Assembly (NCBI GenBank): GCA_013403045.1
Contig: GCA_013403045.1_3037.1
Strand: one strand, 5' to 3'
DNA: 64,000 bases
Origin: Escherichia coli O157:H7
GTDB lineage: Bacteria; Pseudomonadota; Gammaproteobacteria; Enterobacterales; Enterobacteriaceae
Of this stretch, positions 11,067 through 20,676 are shown in pieces (position 1 is the stretch's first letter; each line of letters starts with the position of its first letter). The notes under the pieces are model-generated. The model ran no database searches. It was not told the origin of the DNA and saw only the letters and a program-made list of their open reading frames with translations. Made by a program: the position numbers and the translations under genes.

Positions 11067-11693
11067 ATGTATGAATACAAATTTGACGTGAGAGTTGGTT
11101 CTAAAATAATCAACTGTCGCGCATTTACTCTTAAAGAATATCTAGAACTTATTACTGCCAAAAATAATGGTTCCGTAGAAGTAATTGTTAAAAAGCTAAT
11201 CAAAGACTGCACAAATGCAAAAGATTTAAACCGCCAAGAATCAGAACTATTACTGATTCATTTATGGGCGCATTCTCTTGGAGAAGTTAATCACGAAAAC
11301 TCCTGGAAGTGCACCTGTGGAACTGAAATACCAACCCATATAAATCTATTACATACACAAATAGATGCACCAGAAGACCTCTGGTATACACTGGGTGACA
11401 TTAAAATTAAATTCCATTACCCTAAAATTTTTGATGATAAAAATATAGCCCACATGATAGTATCATGTATAGAAACGATTCATGCTAACGGTGAAAGCAT
11501 TCCAGTTGAAGACTTAAATGAAAAAGAATTGGAAGATTTATATTCTATCATCACAGAGTCAGATATTGTAGCTATAAAAGATATGCTTTTAAAGCCTACT
11601 GTTTATTTGGCTGTTCCAATTAAGTGCCCAGAGTGTGGAAAAACCCACGCTCATGTAATAAGAGGACTCAAAGAATTCTTTGAGCTATTGTAA
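11067..11693 (+). CDS. 26: baseplate hub subunit gp26
   Basis: 208 aa as in T4; AAGGAG Shine-Dalgarno. Confidence 0.85.
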   Translation: MYEYKFDVRVGSKIINCRAFTLKEYLELITAKNNGSVEVIVKKLIKDCTNAKDLNRQESELLLIHLWAHSLGEVNHENSWKCTCGTEIPTHINLLHTQIDAPEDLWYTLGDIKIKFHYPKIFDDKNIAHMIVSCIETIHANGESIPVEDLNEKELEDLYSIITESDIVAIKDMLLKPTVYLAVPIKCPECGKTHAHVIRGLKEFFELL

Positions 11694-12091
11694 TGGCAAA
11701 TATTAATAAGCTTTATTCTGATATTGACCCAGAGATGAAAATGGATTGGAACAAAGACGTTTCAAGATCACTTGGATTAAGGTCAATTAAAAATAGTCTT
11801 TTAGGAATTATTACAACAAGAAAAGGTTCAAGACCGTTTGACCCTGAATTTGGATGCGATTTATCTGACCAACTTTTTGAGAATATGACTCCTCTTACTG
11901 CTGACACGGTTGAGCGTAATATCGAAAGCGCAGTAAGAAACTATGAGCCACGTATTGATAAATTAGCAGTTAATGTAATACCGGTTTATGATGATTATAC
12001 TTTGATAGTAGAAATACGCTTTTCAGTCATCGATAACCCTGATGATATTGAGCAGATAAAACTACAACTGGCTTCCAGTAATAGAGTATAA
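11693..12091 (+). CDS. 25: baseplate wedge subunit gp25
   Basis: 132 aa as in T4; TAATG overlap with gene 26. Confidence 0.9.
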   Translation: MANINKLYSDIDPEMKMDWNKDVSRSLGLRSIKNSLLGIITTRKGSRPFDPEFGCDLSDQLFENMTPLTADTVERNIESAVRNYEPRIDKLAVNVIPVYDDYTLIVEIRFSVIDNPDDIEQIKLQLASSNRV

Positions 12092-12117
12092 TGCTTCACG
12101 TATAAACGTGGTATAAT
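12091..12117 (+). promoter_or_regulatory. middle (MotA-dependent) promoter of uvsY
   Basis: MotA-box-like ATGCTTCA about 30 nt upstream and -10 TATAAT at 12112-12117; matches the known arrangement of the T4 uvsY middle promoter. Confidence 0.55.
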
Positions 12118-12157
12118 GAATCTAAGTCCATCCAATAACAATTGAATAGAGAACAAT

Positions 12158-12571
12158 ATGAGATTAGAAGATCTTCAAGAAGAATTGAAGAAAGATGTGT
12201 TTATAGATTCGACTAAATTACAGTATGAAGCAGCTAATAATGTGATGTTATATAGTAAATGGCTTAATAAGCATTCAAGTATTAAAAAGGAAATGCTTAG
12301 AATTGAAGCACAGAAAAAAGTTGCTCTTAAAGCTAAATTAGACTACTACTCGGGACGAGGAGATGGTGATGAATTTAGTATGGATCGTTACGAGAAATCA
12401 GAAATGAAAACAGTTCTATCAGCTGATAAGGATGTTTTAAAGGTTGATACTTCATTACAATATTGGGGAATTTTATTAGATTTCTGTAGCGGAGCTCTTG
12501 ATGCTATCAAATCACGAGGATTTGCTATTAAGCATATTCAAGACATGCGGGCATTTGAGGCTGGAAAATAA
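12158..12571 (+). CDS. uvsY: recombination mediator UvsY
   Basis: 137 aa as in T4 UvsY; synteny between gene 25 and uvsW. Confidence 0.9.
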   Translation: MRLEDLQEELKKDVFIDSTKLQYEAANNVMLYSKWLNKHSSIKKEMLRIEAQKKVALKAKLDYYSGRGDGDEFSMDRYEKSEMKTVLSADKDVLKVDTSLQYWGILLDFCSGALDAIKSRGFAIKHIQDMRAFEAGK

Positions 12572-12798
12572 TGAGATATAACATTGATGACGCTTTTAAT
12601 TATGAAGAAGAATTTGAAACGGAAATTCAATTCTTAATGAAAAAGCATAATCTTAAGCGTCAGGATATTCGTATCCTGGCCGACCACCCGTGTGGTGAAG
12701 ATGTCCTTTATATTAAAGGAAAATTTGCCGGATATCTTGATGAATATTTTTATTCTAAAGATATGGGCATTGATATGCATATGAGAGATATGGGGTAA
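12571..12798 (+). CDS. UvsY.-1-like small protein
   Basis: 75-aa ORF, ATGA overlap with uvsY. Confidence 0.7.
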   Translation: MRYNIDDAFNYEEEFETEIQFLMKKHNLKRQDIRILADHPCGEDVLYIKGKFAGYLDEYFYSKDMGIDMHMRDMG

Positions 12799-12800
12799 AT

Positions 12801-12893
12801 ATGACAAATTATAAAGAAGTATTTAGACTTTTAGCAGAAATGGAAGCATGTTTAAAGCTTGTACAAGAAATGCGCTTTAAGATGGGGTTATAA
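12801..12893 (+). CDS. very small ORF (30 aa)
   Basis: ATG 3 nt after the uvsY.-1 stop; no other support. Confidence 0.25.
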   Translation: MTNYKEVFRLLAEMEACLKLVQEMRFKMGL

Positions 12894-12896
12894 ATA
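12889..12896 (+). promoter_or_regulatory. late promoter TATAAATA
   Basis: exact TATAAATA 26 nt upstream of the ATG at 12922. Confidence 0.5.
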
Positions 12897-12921
12897 GATA
12901 TATAATTCAGAGGAGACAATC

Positions 12922-13089
12922 ATGTCAGATAAGATTTGTGTTGTCTGTAAAACTCCAATCGATTCTGCATTGGTTGTTGAAACAGACAAAGGTCCTGTAC
13001 ATCCTGGGCCTTGCTATAATTACATTAAAGAACTACCAGTTTCAGAAAGTTCGGAAGAACAATTAAATGAAACACAACTTTTGCTATAG
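12922..13089 (+). CDS. small Cys-containing protein (55 aa), uvsY.-2-position
   Basis: AGAGGAG Shine-Dalgarno, CxxC motif, late promoter upstream, terminator downstream; not in supplied ORF track (under 60 aa). Confidence 0.45.
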   Translation: MSDKICVVCKTPIDSALVVETDKGPVHPGPCYNYIKELPVSESSEEQLNETQLLL

Positions 13090-13112
13090 TGTGACCTTTA
13101 GTCTATAGTTTT

Positions 13113-13141
13113 GGCCCTTCCTTTTTGGTTGGGCCTTTTTT
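13113..13141 (+). terminator. hairpin plus T-run terminator
   Basis: ggccc-ttcctttttggtt-gggcc stem followed by TTTTTT. Confidence 0.5.
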
Positions 13142-13144
13142 AAT

Positions 13145-13390
13145 TTAAAAGCTTTCTTCTACTTCATCATCGTCTGAATCTTCTAATTCAGCTCTTTTTC
13201 CTGCCAAAGCATCTCTCACAGAGATGTCATCAGTATCTTTTAATTCAGTTTCTTTAACTCTTTTCTTATAATAAGCTTCAAGTTCTTCTAAACCTTCTAT
13301 CGTTTGGCAAGAGGCAATTTTACCCATAAATTCATCAATAGAAGCTTCATAAAGAAATTGTTTAAATTCTAGTAACATCTTTTTCTCCAA
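13145..13390 (-). CDS. UvsW.1-like acidic protein
   Basis: 81-aa ORF directly downstream of uvsW on the same strand. Confidence 0.7.
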   Translation of the reverse strand: MEKKMLLEFKQFLYEASIDEFMGKIASCQTIEGLEELEAYYKKRVKETELKDTDDISVRDALAGKRAELEDSDDDEVEESF

Positions 13391-13403
13391 AGGGCCGAAG
13401 CCC

Positions 13404-14912
13404 TTATAAATTAACTGTTTTCATTACGTAATTAAATTTTTCATCTGCGTAGCGCTGAATACGATCAATGCCGTGTTTTAAAAGATAGTTCAAATGAACA
13501 TATTTCTTTTTCGTATTAGCAGATTTTGGCTTAACACCACAATCATCTATGAGGTCCCAGACTGTTGCTATTGTCTTAGAACCATGCTTACGTAATACAC
13601 GACCGATTGTTTGTAATACAATGATTTTTGATTTAACACCGTGCGCTAAAACAACGTGATGCAGATTTTTAACTGAAATACCAGTAGAAAATACACCATA
13701 ACTAGCTACTATAATTATTCCTTTACCATTTTCAGCTAAGGTTTTCATTATATTGCGGGTTTCGGTATCAACTTCCCCTGATACGTAATAAACTTTATCG
13801 TATTCATTTTTAATTAAATCGAAAATAGCTTTACCATGTGATACATGTTTAAACATGACAAAAGCGTTTTCATCTTTTTGCGCAAGCTTAATAGCTAATT
13901 TAGCGATCCATTTATTTCTTTTACTAAGCCCAGTAATAATTTTTATTTCTTCTTGATAAGTTTTTCCCTTTAATTTAGTAGTGAACTCATCGGGATAGCG
14001 AAGAAAAATACTATTAATTTTTAGCTCAGTTACTTGCCCATCTTCCATTAATTTAGAAGTCGTTACTGGCTTAAATATTTCACCAAACAATCCAACATAC
14101 TGCATGATATTGGCTTTGCCATCACGTAATGAACCTGATAGACCAAATTTAAACATACAGTTATTTAAACCAGATATGATAGATGAAATACTTTTTCCTG
14201 TAGCAAGATGGCATTCATCATTCATCATCATTCCAAACTGTGAGAACCATTCTTTTGGTTGTTTAACTACAGTTTGCCATGTACCAACAACGACTGGTGC
14301 ATCATTTTTATATTTATCATCTTTTGATGCTCCTCCGCCAATTTTCTTTATCATTGCATGACTGAATAAACGATAGTCAACGAAGTCATCAGCCATCTGA
14401 GTTGTCAGAGCAGTTGTTGGAACAATGATAAGAATTTTACCTTCATAATTTTCCAAATAATACCGAGCAAGCAGAGCTTGAATTAACGATTTACCAGCGG
14501 ATGTTGGAAGATTAAGAATTCTACGACGATTAACTAATCCTTCGAACACTGCATCTTTTTGATACCAGTGTGGTTCAATTCTTTTATTTCCTGAATAGAT
14601 TTCTAATTTAGAAAGCCATTCATCAAAATCTTTTCTTGATAATTCTTCTTTTTCATTAATTTGTGGGTCAATCCAGGCTTTATAGCCAAAGTTATCACAG
14701 AACTTTTTAATTTGCCCGACTAAGCCGAATGGAAGAAGACGATTATAATCTAAAAGACGGATTCGTCCATCCCAGTTGCCATATCTGAAGCGAGGGTTAA
14801 ATCTATATCCATCGGCCTCAAACGAAAAGAAATCTCTTAATTCGTGGAACGTGCTCTCTTCACAATCGATGCGTACATGACTGAAGTCGTGAAAATGTAC
14901 TTTAATATCCAT
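13404..14912 (-). CDS. uvsW: UvsW SF2 DNA/RNA helicase
   Basis: 502 aa as in T4 UvsW; Walker A (PTSAGKS) and DEAH-like (MMNDECH) motifs. Confidence 0.9.
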   Translation of the reverse strand: MDIKVHFHDFSHVRIDCEESTFHELRDFFSFEADGYRFNPRFRYGNWDGRIRLLDYNRLLPFGLVGQIKKFCDNFGYKAWIDPQINEKEELSRKDFDEWLSKLEIYSGNKRIEPHWYQKDAVFEGLVNRRRILNLPTSAGKSLIQALLARYYLENYEGKILIIVPTTALTTQMADDFVDYRLFSHAMIKKIGGGASKDDKYKNDAPVVVGTWQTVVKQPKEWFSQFGMMMNDECHLATGKSISSIISGLNNCMFKFGLSGSLRDGKANIMQYVGLFGEIFKPVTTSKLMEDGQVTELKINSIFLRYPDEFTTKLKGKTYQEEIKIITGLSKRNKWIAKLAIKLAQKDENAFVMFKHVSHGKAIFDLIKNEYDKVYYVSGEVDTETRNIMKTLAENGKGIIIVASYGVFSTGISVKNLHHVVLAHGVKSKIIVLQTIGRVLRKHGSKTIATVWDLIDDCGVKPKSANTKKKYVHLNYLLKHGIDRIQRYADEKFNYVMKTVNL

Positions 14913-14914
14913 AA

Positions 14915-15532
14915 TTATGCCTTACTAAATTTGCCTTTAGAATCTCTTTTCATGAGACGACCTTTAATAAATCCGTCGGGAATAATACCGTCTGGTTGTA
15001 TTAATTTATTTATTGCGCCATTATTGACCCAAAAAGTTCCTGTGGTAGTCGGTTTGACTTTACATCCTTTTCTGGACTTTCTATTAGGATGAACCATCCC
15101 TTTTACAAATCCTTCTGGAACAAGTTCTCCAGGTTTAATAAAAATATTTTTAGTTCCATTAGTGTAACAAGTTTTACCTAATACCGTGCCTGGTGAGTTT
15201 TCAAATCTTTTAGCGGAAGATTCTTTCATCTTTGCTATAACCTCTGTAGTCATAACAATTCCACCAATTCCACCAGGTTTCATATTATAATAATTTTTGC
15301 TTTTTATTAGTTCAGGAGTTATAATTTCTTCTTCATACATGTACGCTTCTTCGGAAGTTTTAAACTCTTTTAGTATTGTTCTAGAGAAATTGTTTTCACC
15401 ATATTTCTTTATAGCCTGCTGAATTGCCTTACCGGAACCAAGGTAACCATCATTCAAGTCATCAGTAGAGTGTTTTCCTATATACTTTTTACCATTTATT
15501 AGATTTGTTGTTTCATATACAAAGTGGTACAT
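14915..15532 (-). CDS. segE: GIY-YIG homing endonuclease SegE
   Basis: 205 aa; GIY-YIG motifs (YETTNLINGKKYIGK); same position as T4 segE. Confidence 0.85.
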   Translation of the reverse strand: MYHFVYETTNLINGKKYIGKHSTDDLNDGYLGSGKAIQQAIKKYGENNFSRTILKEFKTSEEAYMYEEEIITPELIKSKNYYNMKPGGIGGIVMTTEVIAKMKESSAKRFENSPGTVLGKTCYTNGTKNIFIKPGELVPEGFVKGMVHPNRKSRKGCKVKPTTTGTFWVNNGAINKLIQPDGIIPDGFIKGRLMKRDSKGKFSKA

Positions 15533-15560
15533 ACTATTTTCCGAGTAATAAATATATCTA

Positions 15561-15568
15561 TATTTATA
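15561..15568 (-). promoter_or_regulatory. late promoter (TATAAATA on minus strand) upstream of segE
   Basis: plus-strand TATTTATA 29 nt from the segE start. Confidence 0.4.
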
Positions 15569-15581
15569 CTGAGGAAATATT

Positions 15582-16262
15582 ATGATAGATAAAGATTATA
15601 TTGCAGAGCTGAAGGCTCTTGATGATAACAAAGAAGCTAAAGCTAAATTAGCTGAATATGCTGAACAGTTTGGTATAAAGGTCAAAAAGAATAAATCTTT
15701 TGATAATATCGTTGTTGATATTGAAGAAGCCCTCCAGAAGCTCGCTAGTGAACCTATGCCAGAGACTGATGGGTTATCTATTAAAGACTTAATTGATGCT
15801 GCTGATGCTGCAGAGGGATTAAAATATGACGATGAAGAAGTTAATCCAGAAGCAGCACTTCTGATTGATTCTCCAGTTAAATCTGATATTAAAATTGAAG
15901 TGGTAGAAACGGATAAAATTCCTGAAAATACTGATGTTTTGATTGAAGACACTCCTTTTGTTGAAGAAAAGTTTGAACAAGCTGTAGATAAGATTATTGA
16001 ATCTGAAAAGCCGTCTGTATTTACTCTTCCGGAAAACTTTAGCCCGAATCTTCAGCTGATTGGAAAAAATCCAGGATTCTGCACTGTTCCTTGGTGGATT
16101 TATCAATGGATTGCTGAAACTCCGGATTGGAAATCTCACCCAACTAGTTTTGAGCATGCGTCAGCACACCAAACTTTATTTAGCTTAATTTATTACATTA
16201 ATCGCGATGGATCAGTTTTAATTCGTGAAACACGCAACTCTTCTTTCGTAACATTAAAATAA
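15582..16262 (+). CDS. inh: Inh, inhibitor of prohead protease gp21
   Basis: 226 aa as in T4 Inh; synteny. Confidence 0.8.
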   Translation: MIDKDYIAELKALDDNKEAKAKLAEYAEQFGIKVKKNKSFDNIVVDIEEALQKLASEPMPETDGLSIKDLIDAADAAEGLKYDDEEVNPEAALLIDSPVKSDIKIEVVETDKIPENTDVLIEDTPFVEEKFEQAVDKIIESEKPSVFTLPENFSPNLQLIGKNPGFCTVPWWIYQWIAETPDWKSHPTSFEHASAHQTLFSLIYYINRDGSVLIRETRNSSFVTLK

Positions 16263-16271
16263 GGATAACTT

Positions 16272-17696
16272 ATGGCTTTTACAGTTGATATAACTCCTAA
16301 AACACCGACAGGGGTTATTGATGAAACCAAGCAGTTTACTGCTGCACCCAGTGGTCAAACTGAAGGTGGAACTATTACCTATGCTTGGAGTGTAGATAAT
16401 GTTCCACAGGATGGAGCTGAAGCAACTTTTAGTTATGTACTAAAAGGACCTGCCGGTCAAAAGACTATTAAAGTCGTTGCAACAAATACAGTTCCAGAAT
16501 CTGAATCTGAACCTGAAACAGCAGAAGATACGACAACTATCACAGTTCAAAATAAGACACAGACTACTACAATAACAGTAACTCCTGATAGTCCTTCGGA
16601 AGGAGTAATCGGAACAGCTGTTCAATTTACCGCTGCCTTAGATTCACAGCCGCCAGGTGCATCTGCTACGTATCAATGACACGTCGACGGTTCTCCTGTG
16701 GGAGAAGCAACTGACGCTACATTTAACTATACTCCTGCCACAAGCGGAGTTAAAAAAATTAAGTGTGTAGCTCAAGTAACTGCGACAGATTATGATACAA
16801 AGACCGTTACTTCTGACGAAGTGTCGCTGACTGTTAACAAGAAAACCCAAGCGACTACTTTAGTTGTAACTCCTAATAGTCCTTCAGCTGGAGTAATTGG
16901 AACTCCAGTTCAATTTACTGCTGCCTTAGCTTCTCAACCTGATGGAGCGTCTGCTACATATAAGTGGTATGTAGATGATTCTCAAATTGGTGGAGAAACT
17001 AACTCTACATTTAACTATACTCCAACTACAAGTGGAGTAAAAAGAATTAAATGTGTAGCGCAAGTAACTGCAGAAAATTACAATGAAAAGGAAGTTACTT
17101 CTAATGAAGTATCATTGACAGTTAATAAGAAGACAATGAATCCACAGGTTACATTGACTCCTCCTTCTATTAACGTTCAGCAAGATGCTTCGGCTACATT
17201 TACGGCTAATGTTACTGGAGCACCTGAAGCAGCACAAATTACTTATTCATGGAAGAAAGATTCTTCTCCTGTAGAAGGGTCAACTAACGTATACACCGTT
17301 GACACCTCATCTATTGGAAGTCAAACTATTGAAGTTACTGCTGTCGTTACAGCAACCGACTATGATAGTAAAACAGTTAAAACAACAGGTCAAGTTCAGG
17401 TAACTGATAAAGTTGCTCCGGAACCAGAAGGTGAATTGCCTTATGTTCATCCTCTTCCACATCGTACTTCAGCTTATATCTGGTGCGGTTGGTGGGTTAT
17501 GGATGAAATCCAAAAAATGACTGAAGAAGGTAAAGATTGGAAAACTGAAGATCCAGATAGTAAGTACTACTTGCATCGTTATACGCTTCAGAAGATGATG
17601 AAAGATTATTCAGAAGTTGATGTTCAAGAATCACGTAATGGATACATCATCCATAAAACTGCTTTAGAAACTGGTATCATCTATACTTATCCATAA
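16272..17696 (+). pseudogene. hoc: hoc (highly immunogenic outer capsid protein) with an extra Ig-like domain and an in-frame TGA at 16677-16679
   Basis: single frame of 474 codons; N-terminus MAFTVDITPKTPTGVIDETKQFTA and C-terminus as T4 Hoc; stop falls where paralogous repeats have Trp (ATYQ*HVD versus ATYKWYVDD); four tandem Ig-like repeats versus three recalled for T4. Confidence 0.75.
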
Positions 17697-17699
17697 TCG

Positions 17700-17727
17700 A
17701 AAGGGGCTTCGGCCCCTTTCTTCATTT
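17700..17727 (+). terminator. hairpin terminator after hoc
   Basis: aaggggc-ttcg-gcccctt followed by T-rich tract. Confidence 0.6.
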
Positions 17728-17785
17728 TGAAAGCACACAAAACACAATCAGAAAATGATGTATATAATGGCACCAACTCGATAAC

Positions 17786-18001
17786 ATGAGATTGATTATG
17801 AGAACTGAAGTTGTGGTGTTTACACTTCATGAGTCTGGAAAGTCATTCATTGAAATTGCTCGTGAATTAAACTTACAGGCGAAAGAAGTGGCTGTATTAT
17901 GGGCTCGAGCTATGACTGCAAAGAATAAATTTGAGACTCGAGAAAAAGTTGTCTATAGAAAAAGACACATTAATAAAAAGGTGAAAAATGGAACAGTATG
18001 A
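17786..18001 (+). CDS. small protein, possible helix-turn-helix (24.3-position)
   Basis: 71-aa ORF. Confidence 0.5.
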   Translation: MRLIMRTEVVVFTLHESGKSFIEIARELNLQAKEVAVLWARAMTAKNKFETREKVVYRKRHINKKVKNGTV

Positions 18002-18266
18002 TCTTTATGAAAATGAATCTTTTGCTAATCAATTACGTGAAAAAGCATTAAAAAGTAAACAGTTTAAGCTAGAGTGTTTTATTAAAGATTTTTCAGAACT
18101 TGCTAATAAAGCAGCTGAACAAGGTAAAACATATTTTAGTTATTATTGTACTGCTCGTGATAAATTGATTACTGAAGAAATTGGTGATTGGCTGAGAAAA
18201 GAAGGATTTAATTTTAAAGTCAATAGTGATCAGCGTGATGGTGATTGGTTAGAAATTACATTTTGA
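17988..18266 (+). CDS. hypothetical protein (24.2-position)
   Basis: 92-aa ORF overlapping the previous gene. Confidence 0.5.
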   Translation: MEQYDLYENESFANQLREKALKSKQFKLECFIKDFSELANKAAEQGKTYFSYYCTARDKLITEEIGDWLRKEGFNFKVNSDQRDGDWLEITF

Positions 18267-18275
18267 GGATTAATT

Positions 18276-19280
18276 ATGTTTAAAAAGTATAGCAGTCTTG
18301 AAAATCATTACAACTCTAAATTTATTGAAAAACTTTATAGCTTGGGATTGACTGGCGGCGAATGGGTAGCTCGTGAAAAGATTCACGGCACAAATTTCTC
18401 ATTGATTATTGAGCGTGATAAAGTAACTTGCGCTAAACGTACTGGACCGATTCTTCCTGCTGAAGATTTCTTTGGGTATGAAATTATTCTAAAGAATTAC
18501 GCTGATTCCATTAAAGCAGTACAAGATATTATGGAAACTTCAGCGGTTGTATCTTATCAAGTTTTTGGCGAATTCGCTGGACCTGGCATTCAGAAGAATG
18601 TTGATTATGGTGATAAAGATTTCTATGTATTTGACATTATTGTCACTACAGAAAGTGGTGACATGACTTATGTCGATGATTATATGATGGAATCATTCTG
18701 CAATACATTTAAATTTAAAATGGCTCCACTTTTAGGTCGCGGTAAATTTGAAGAGCTTATTAAATTGCCAAATGATTTAGATTCTGTCGTCCAAGATTAT
18801 AATTTTACAGTAGACCATGCTGGATTAGTTGATGCAAATAAATGCGTTTGGAATGCCGAAGCCAAAGGCGAAGTATTTACCGCTGAAGGATATGTATTGA
18901 AACCTTGTTATCCTTCTTGGCTGCCTAATCGCAATCGTGTAGCCATCAAATGCAAGAATTCTAAATTTAGTGAAAAGAAAAAGTCTGATAAGCCTATTAA
19001 AGCTAAAGTTGAATTGTCAGAAGCTGATAACAAATTGGTGGGAATTTTAGCTTGTTACGTTACACTGAACCGAGTAAATAACGTTATTTCTAAAATTGGC
19101 GAAATTGGTCCAAAGGATTTTGGAAAGGTGATGGGGCTAACTGTCCAAGATATTTTGGAAGAAACTTCTCGTGAAGGTATTACTCTAACTCAAGCAGATA
19201 ATCCTTCTTTGATTAAAAAGGAATTAGTTAAAATGGTGCAAGATGTACTTCGTCCAGCTTGGATTGAGTTGGTGAGCTAA
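18276..19280 (+). CDS. rnlB: RNA ligase 2 (Rnl2)
   Basis: 334 aa as in T4 Rnl2; nucleotidyltransferase motif KIHGTN. Confidence 0.9.
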   Translation: MFKKYSSLENHYNSKFIEKLYSLGLTGGEWVAREKIHGTNFSLIIERDKVTCAKRTGPILPAEDFFGYEIILKNYADSIKAVQDIMETSAVVSYQVFGEFAGPGIQKNVDYGDKDFYVFDIIVTTESGDMTYVDDYMMESFCNTFKFKMAPLLGRGKFEELIKLPNDLDSVVQDYNFTVDHAGLVDANKCVWNAEAKGEVFTAEGYVLKPCYPSWLPNRNRVAIKCKNSKFSEKKKSDKPIKAKVELSEADNKLVGILACYVTLNRVNNVISKIGEIGPKDFGKVMGLTVQDILEETSREGITLTQADNPSLIKKELVKMVQDVLRPAWIELVS

Positions 19281-19284
19281 ATAA

Positions 19285-19306
19285 AAAGGGACCGAAAGGT
19301 CCCTTT
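19285..19306. terminator. bidirectional hairpin terminator between rnlB and gene 24
   Basis: aaagggacc-gaaa-ggtcccttt. Confidence 0.6.
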
Positions 19307-19309
19307 GTT

Positions 19310-20593
19310 TTATTCATCGATAATAATTTTTGGTAATTTAACACCTAATAAAACAGACAAATCTGAACGACCCGCCATTTTATCCATGTCTCCACCATCA
19401 ATTACTCTTGCTTCTTTTTCATCTTTTGCTACGGTATAAGGATTTGCAGATAAAGCATATCTAACTAATAAACCGATAGACGGTTGTAAGCTTTCTGGAT
19501 CAACAACAACTTTAAATGCACCTACATGTTCAGGGTCATCTAAGTCGAGACCTTCTGTATACGGAGCATAGAAAATTGATCCAACAATTTCTTTTTCACC
19601 GATATTTTCTACTACGCCAACGATTACATAATCTAATGGGCTGTTAGTATCGCAATAAAGCGGTAAACCATTAGCTAAGAACCCGTAGGCATTTTGTGAA
19701 AGATATTTATCATCTTCTGGTTTATGTTTTAACCAACCAGATGCAGCAAGAATCGCAGCGGCACGAGCTGAAGCAACACAAAACGTTGCTGTATAAGTTG
19801 ATTCTTTTTGGATATGCGAAACCATTTCACATACCATTCGGTATAATGAACGACCAGCTTCAGGTGCAGATGCATAACTCAAATCAATGAATCCAGTATC
19901 AGTAATTCCTGTAACTTTATAACGTTTTGATACTGTAATCAAAGACTGCAGAATATCTTTATTGATTTCATCTGCCATTTCAGTTGCAAGCAAATCTTCC
20001 AAGAAATTAGGAGCATCGAATCCATTTGCTTCTAAATCTTGTGCTAATTCAACTGTGATACCGGTTTTAAGTTTACGAGATTTAACTGCGGTTTGCCATT
20101 TATTAATCTGGAATCTAGCATCCGCAATTTCACTATCAGAGCTTTCAAATTTGCTTGTTGACGCTGCGTCAGAAAATAGACGAACCTTTAAAAGAACAAT
20201 TGCAATCTGAAGAGCTAATTCTAAATCACTTTCTTCAATATCAGCAAATGGTGTATCTTCTAATACTTTATAAACGATATTATTATATTTGAATAAATCG
20301 CCTTTATTGAGAGTTAATTTAGACTCTTCTGTTAATTCTGTGATTTGTTCTCGGTCTACATATCCAGCTTCGCCAGCGTAAGTAGCACCAGTTTTAAATG
20401 TAAATTCATTGTCTGGGTTAAGGTATTTGATACCATAAAAAGCAGCAACAGGTTGATTAGTTCTTTGCGTTGCTACAATGTCAGAATATATTAATTTAGT
20501 GGTAGCGCGAGTCAAAGCAACGAGATTTGGGCGACCGATTGAGTTGCTATTCGTTGTGGTTGATTCGCGCAGAAGTTCGTTGATTTTAGCCAT
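19310..20593 (-). CDS. 24: head vertex protein gp24
   Basis: 427 aa as in T4 gp24; paralog of gp23. Confidence 0.9.
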   Translation of the reverse strand: MAKINELLRESTTTNSNSIGRPNLVALTRATTKLIYSDIVATQRTNQPVAAFYGIKYLNPDNEFTFKTGATYAGEAGYVDREQITELTEESKLTLNKGDLFKYNNIVYKVLEDTPFADIEESDLELALQIAIVLLKVRLFSDAASTSKFESSDSEIADARFQINKWQTAVKSRKLKTGITVELAQDLEANGFDAPNFLEDLLATEMADEINKDILQSLITVSKRYKVTGITDTGFIDLSYASAPEAGRSLYRMVCEMVSHIQKESTYTATFCVASARAAAILAASGWLKHKPEDDKYLSQNAYGFLANGLPLYCDTNSPLDYVIVGVVENIGEKEIVGSIFYAPYTEGLDLDDPEHVGAFKVVVDPESLQPSIGLLVRYALSANPYTVAKDEKEARVIDGGDMDKMAGRSDLSVLLGVKLPKIIIDE

Positions 20594-20620
20594 TGCGCTT
20601 TCCTTTCAGTTTATATGATT

Positions 20621-20628
20621 TATTTATA
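20621..20628 (-). promoter_or_regulatory. late promoter (minus-strand TATAAATA) for gene 24
   Basis: TATTTATA on plus strand 28 nt from the gene 24 start. Confidence 0.55.
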
Positions 20629-20643
20629 CCATAAAAACAACTA

Positions 20644-20663
20644 AAGGGACCCGAAGGTCCCTT
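20644..20663 (-). terminator. hairpin terminator after gene 23
   Basis: aagggacc-cgaa-ggtccctt. Confidence 0.55.
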
Positions 20664-20676
20664 AAATCGTCAAAGA

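Noticed and set aside
15596-16157. Two minus-strand ORFs (118 and 112 aa) inside inh
   Set aside because: Antisense to the inh gene, low-complexity translations, no start signals.
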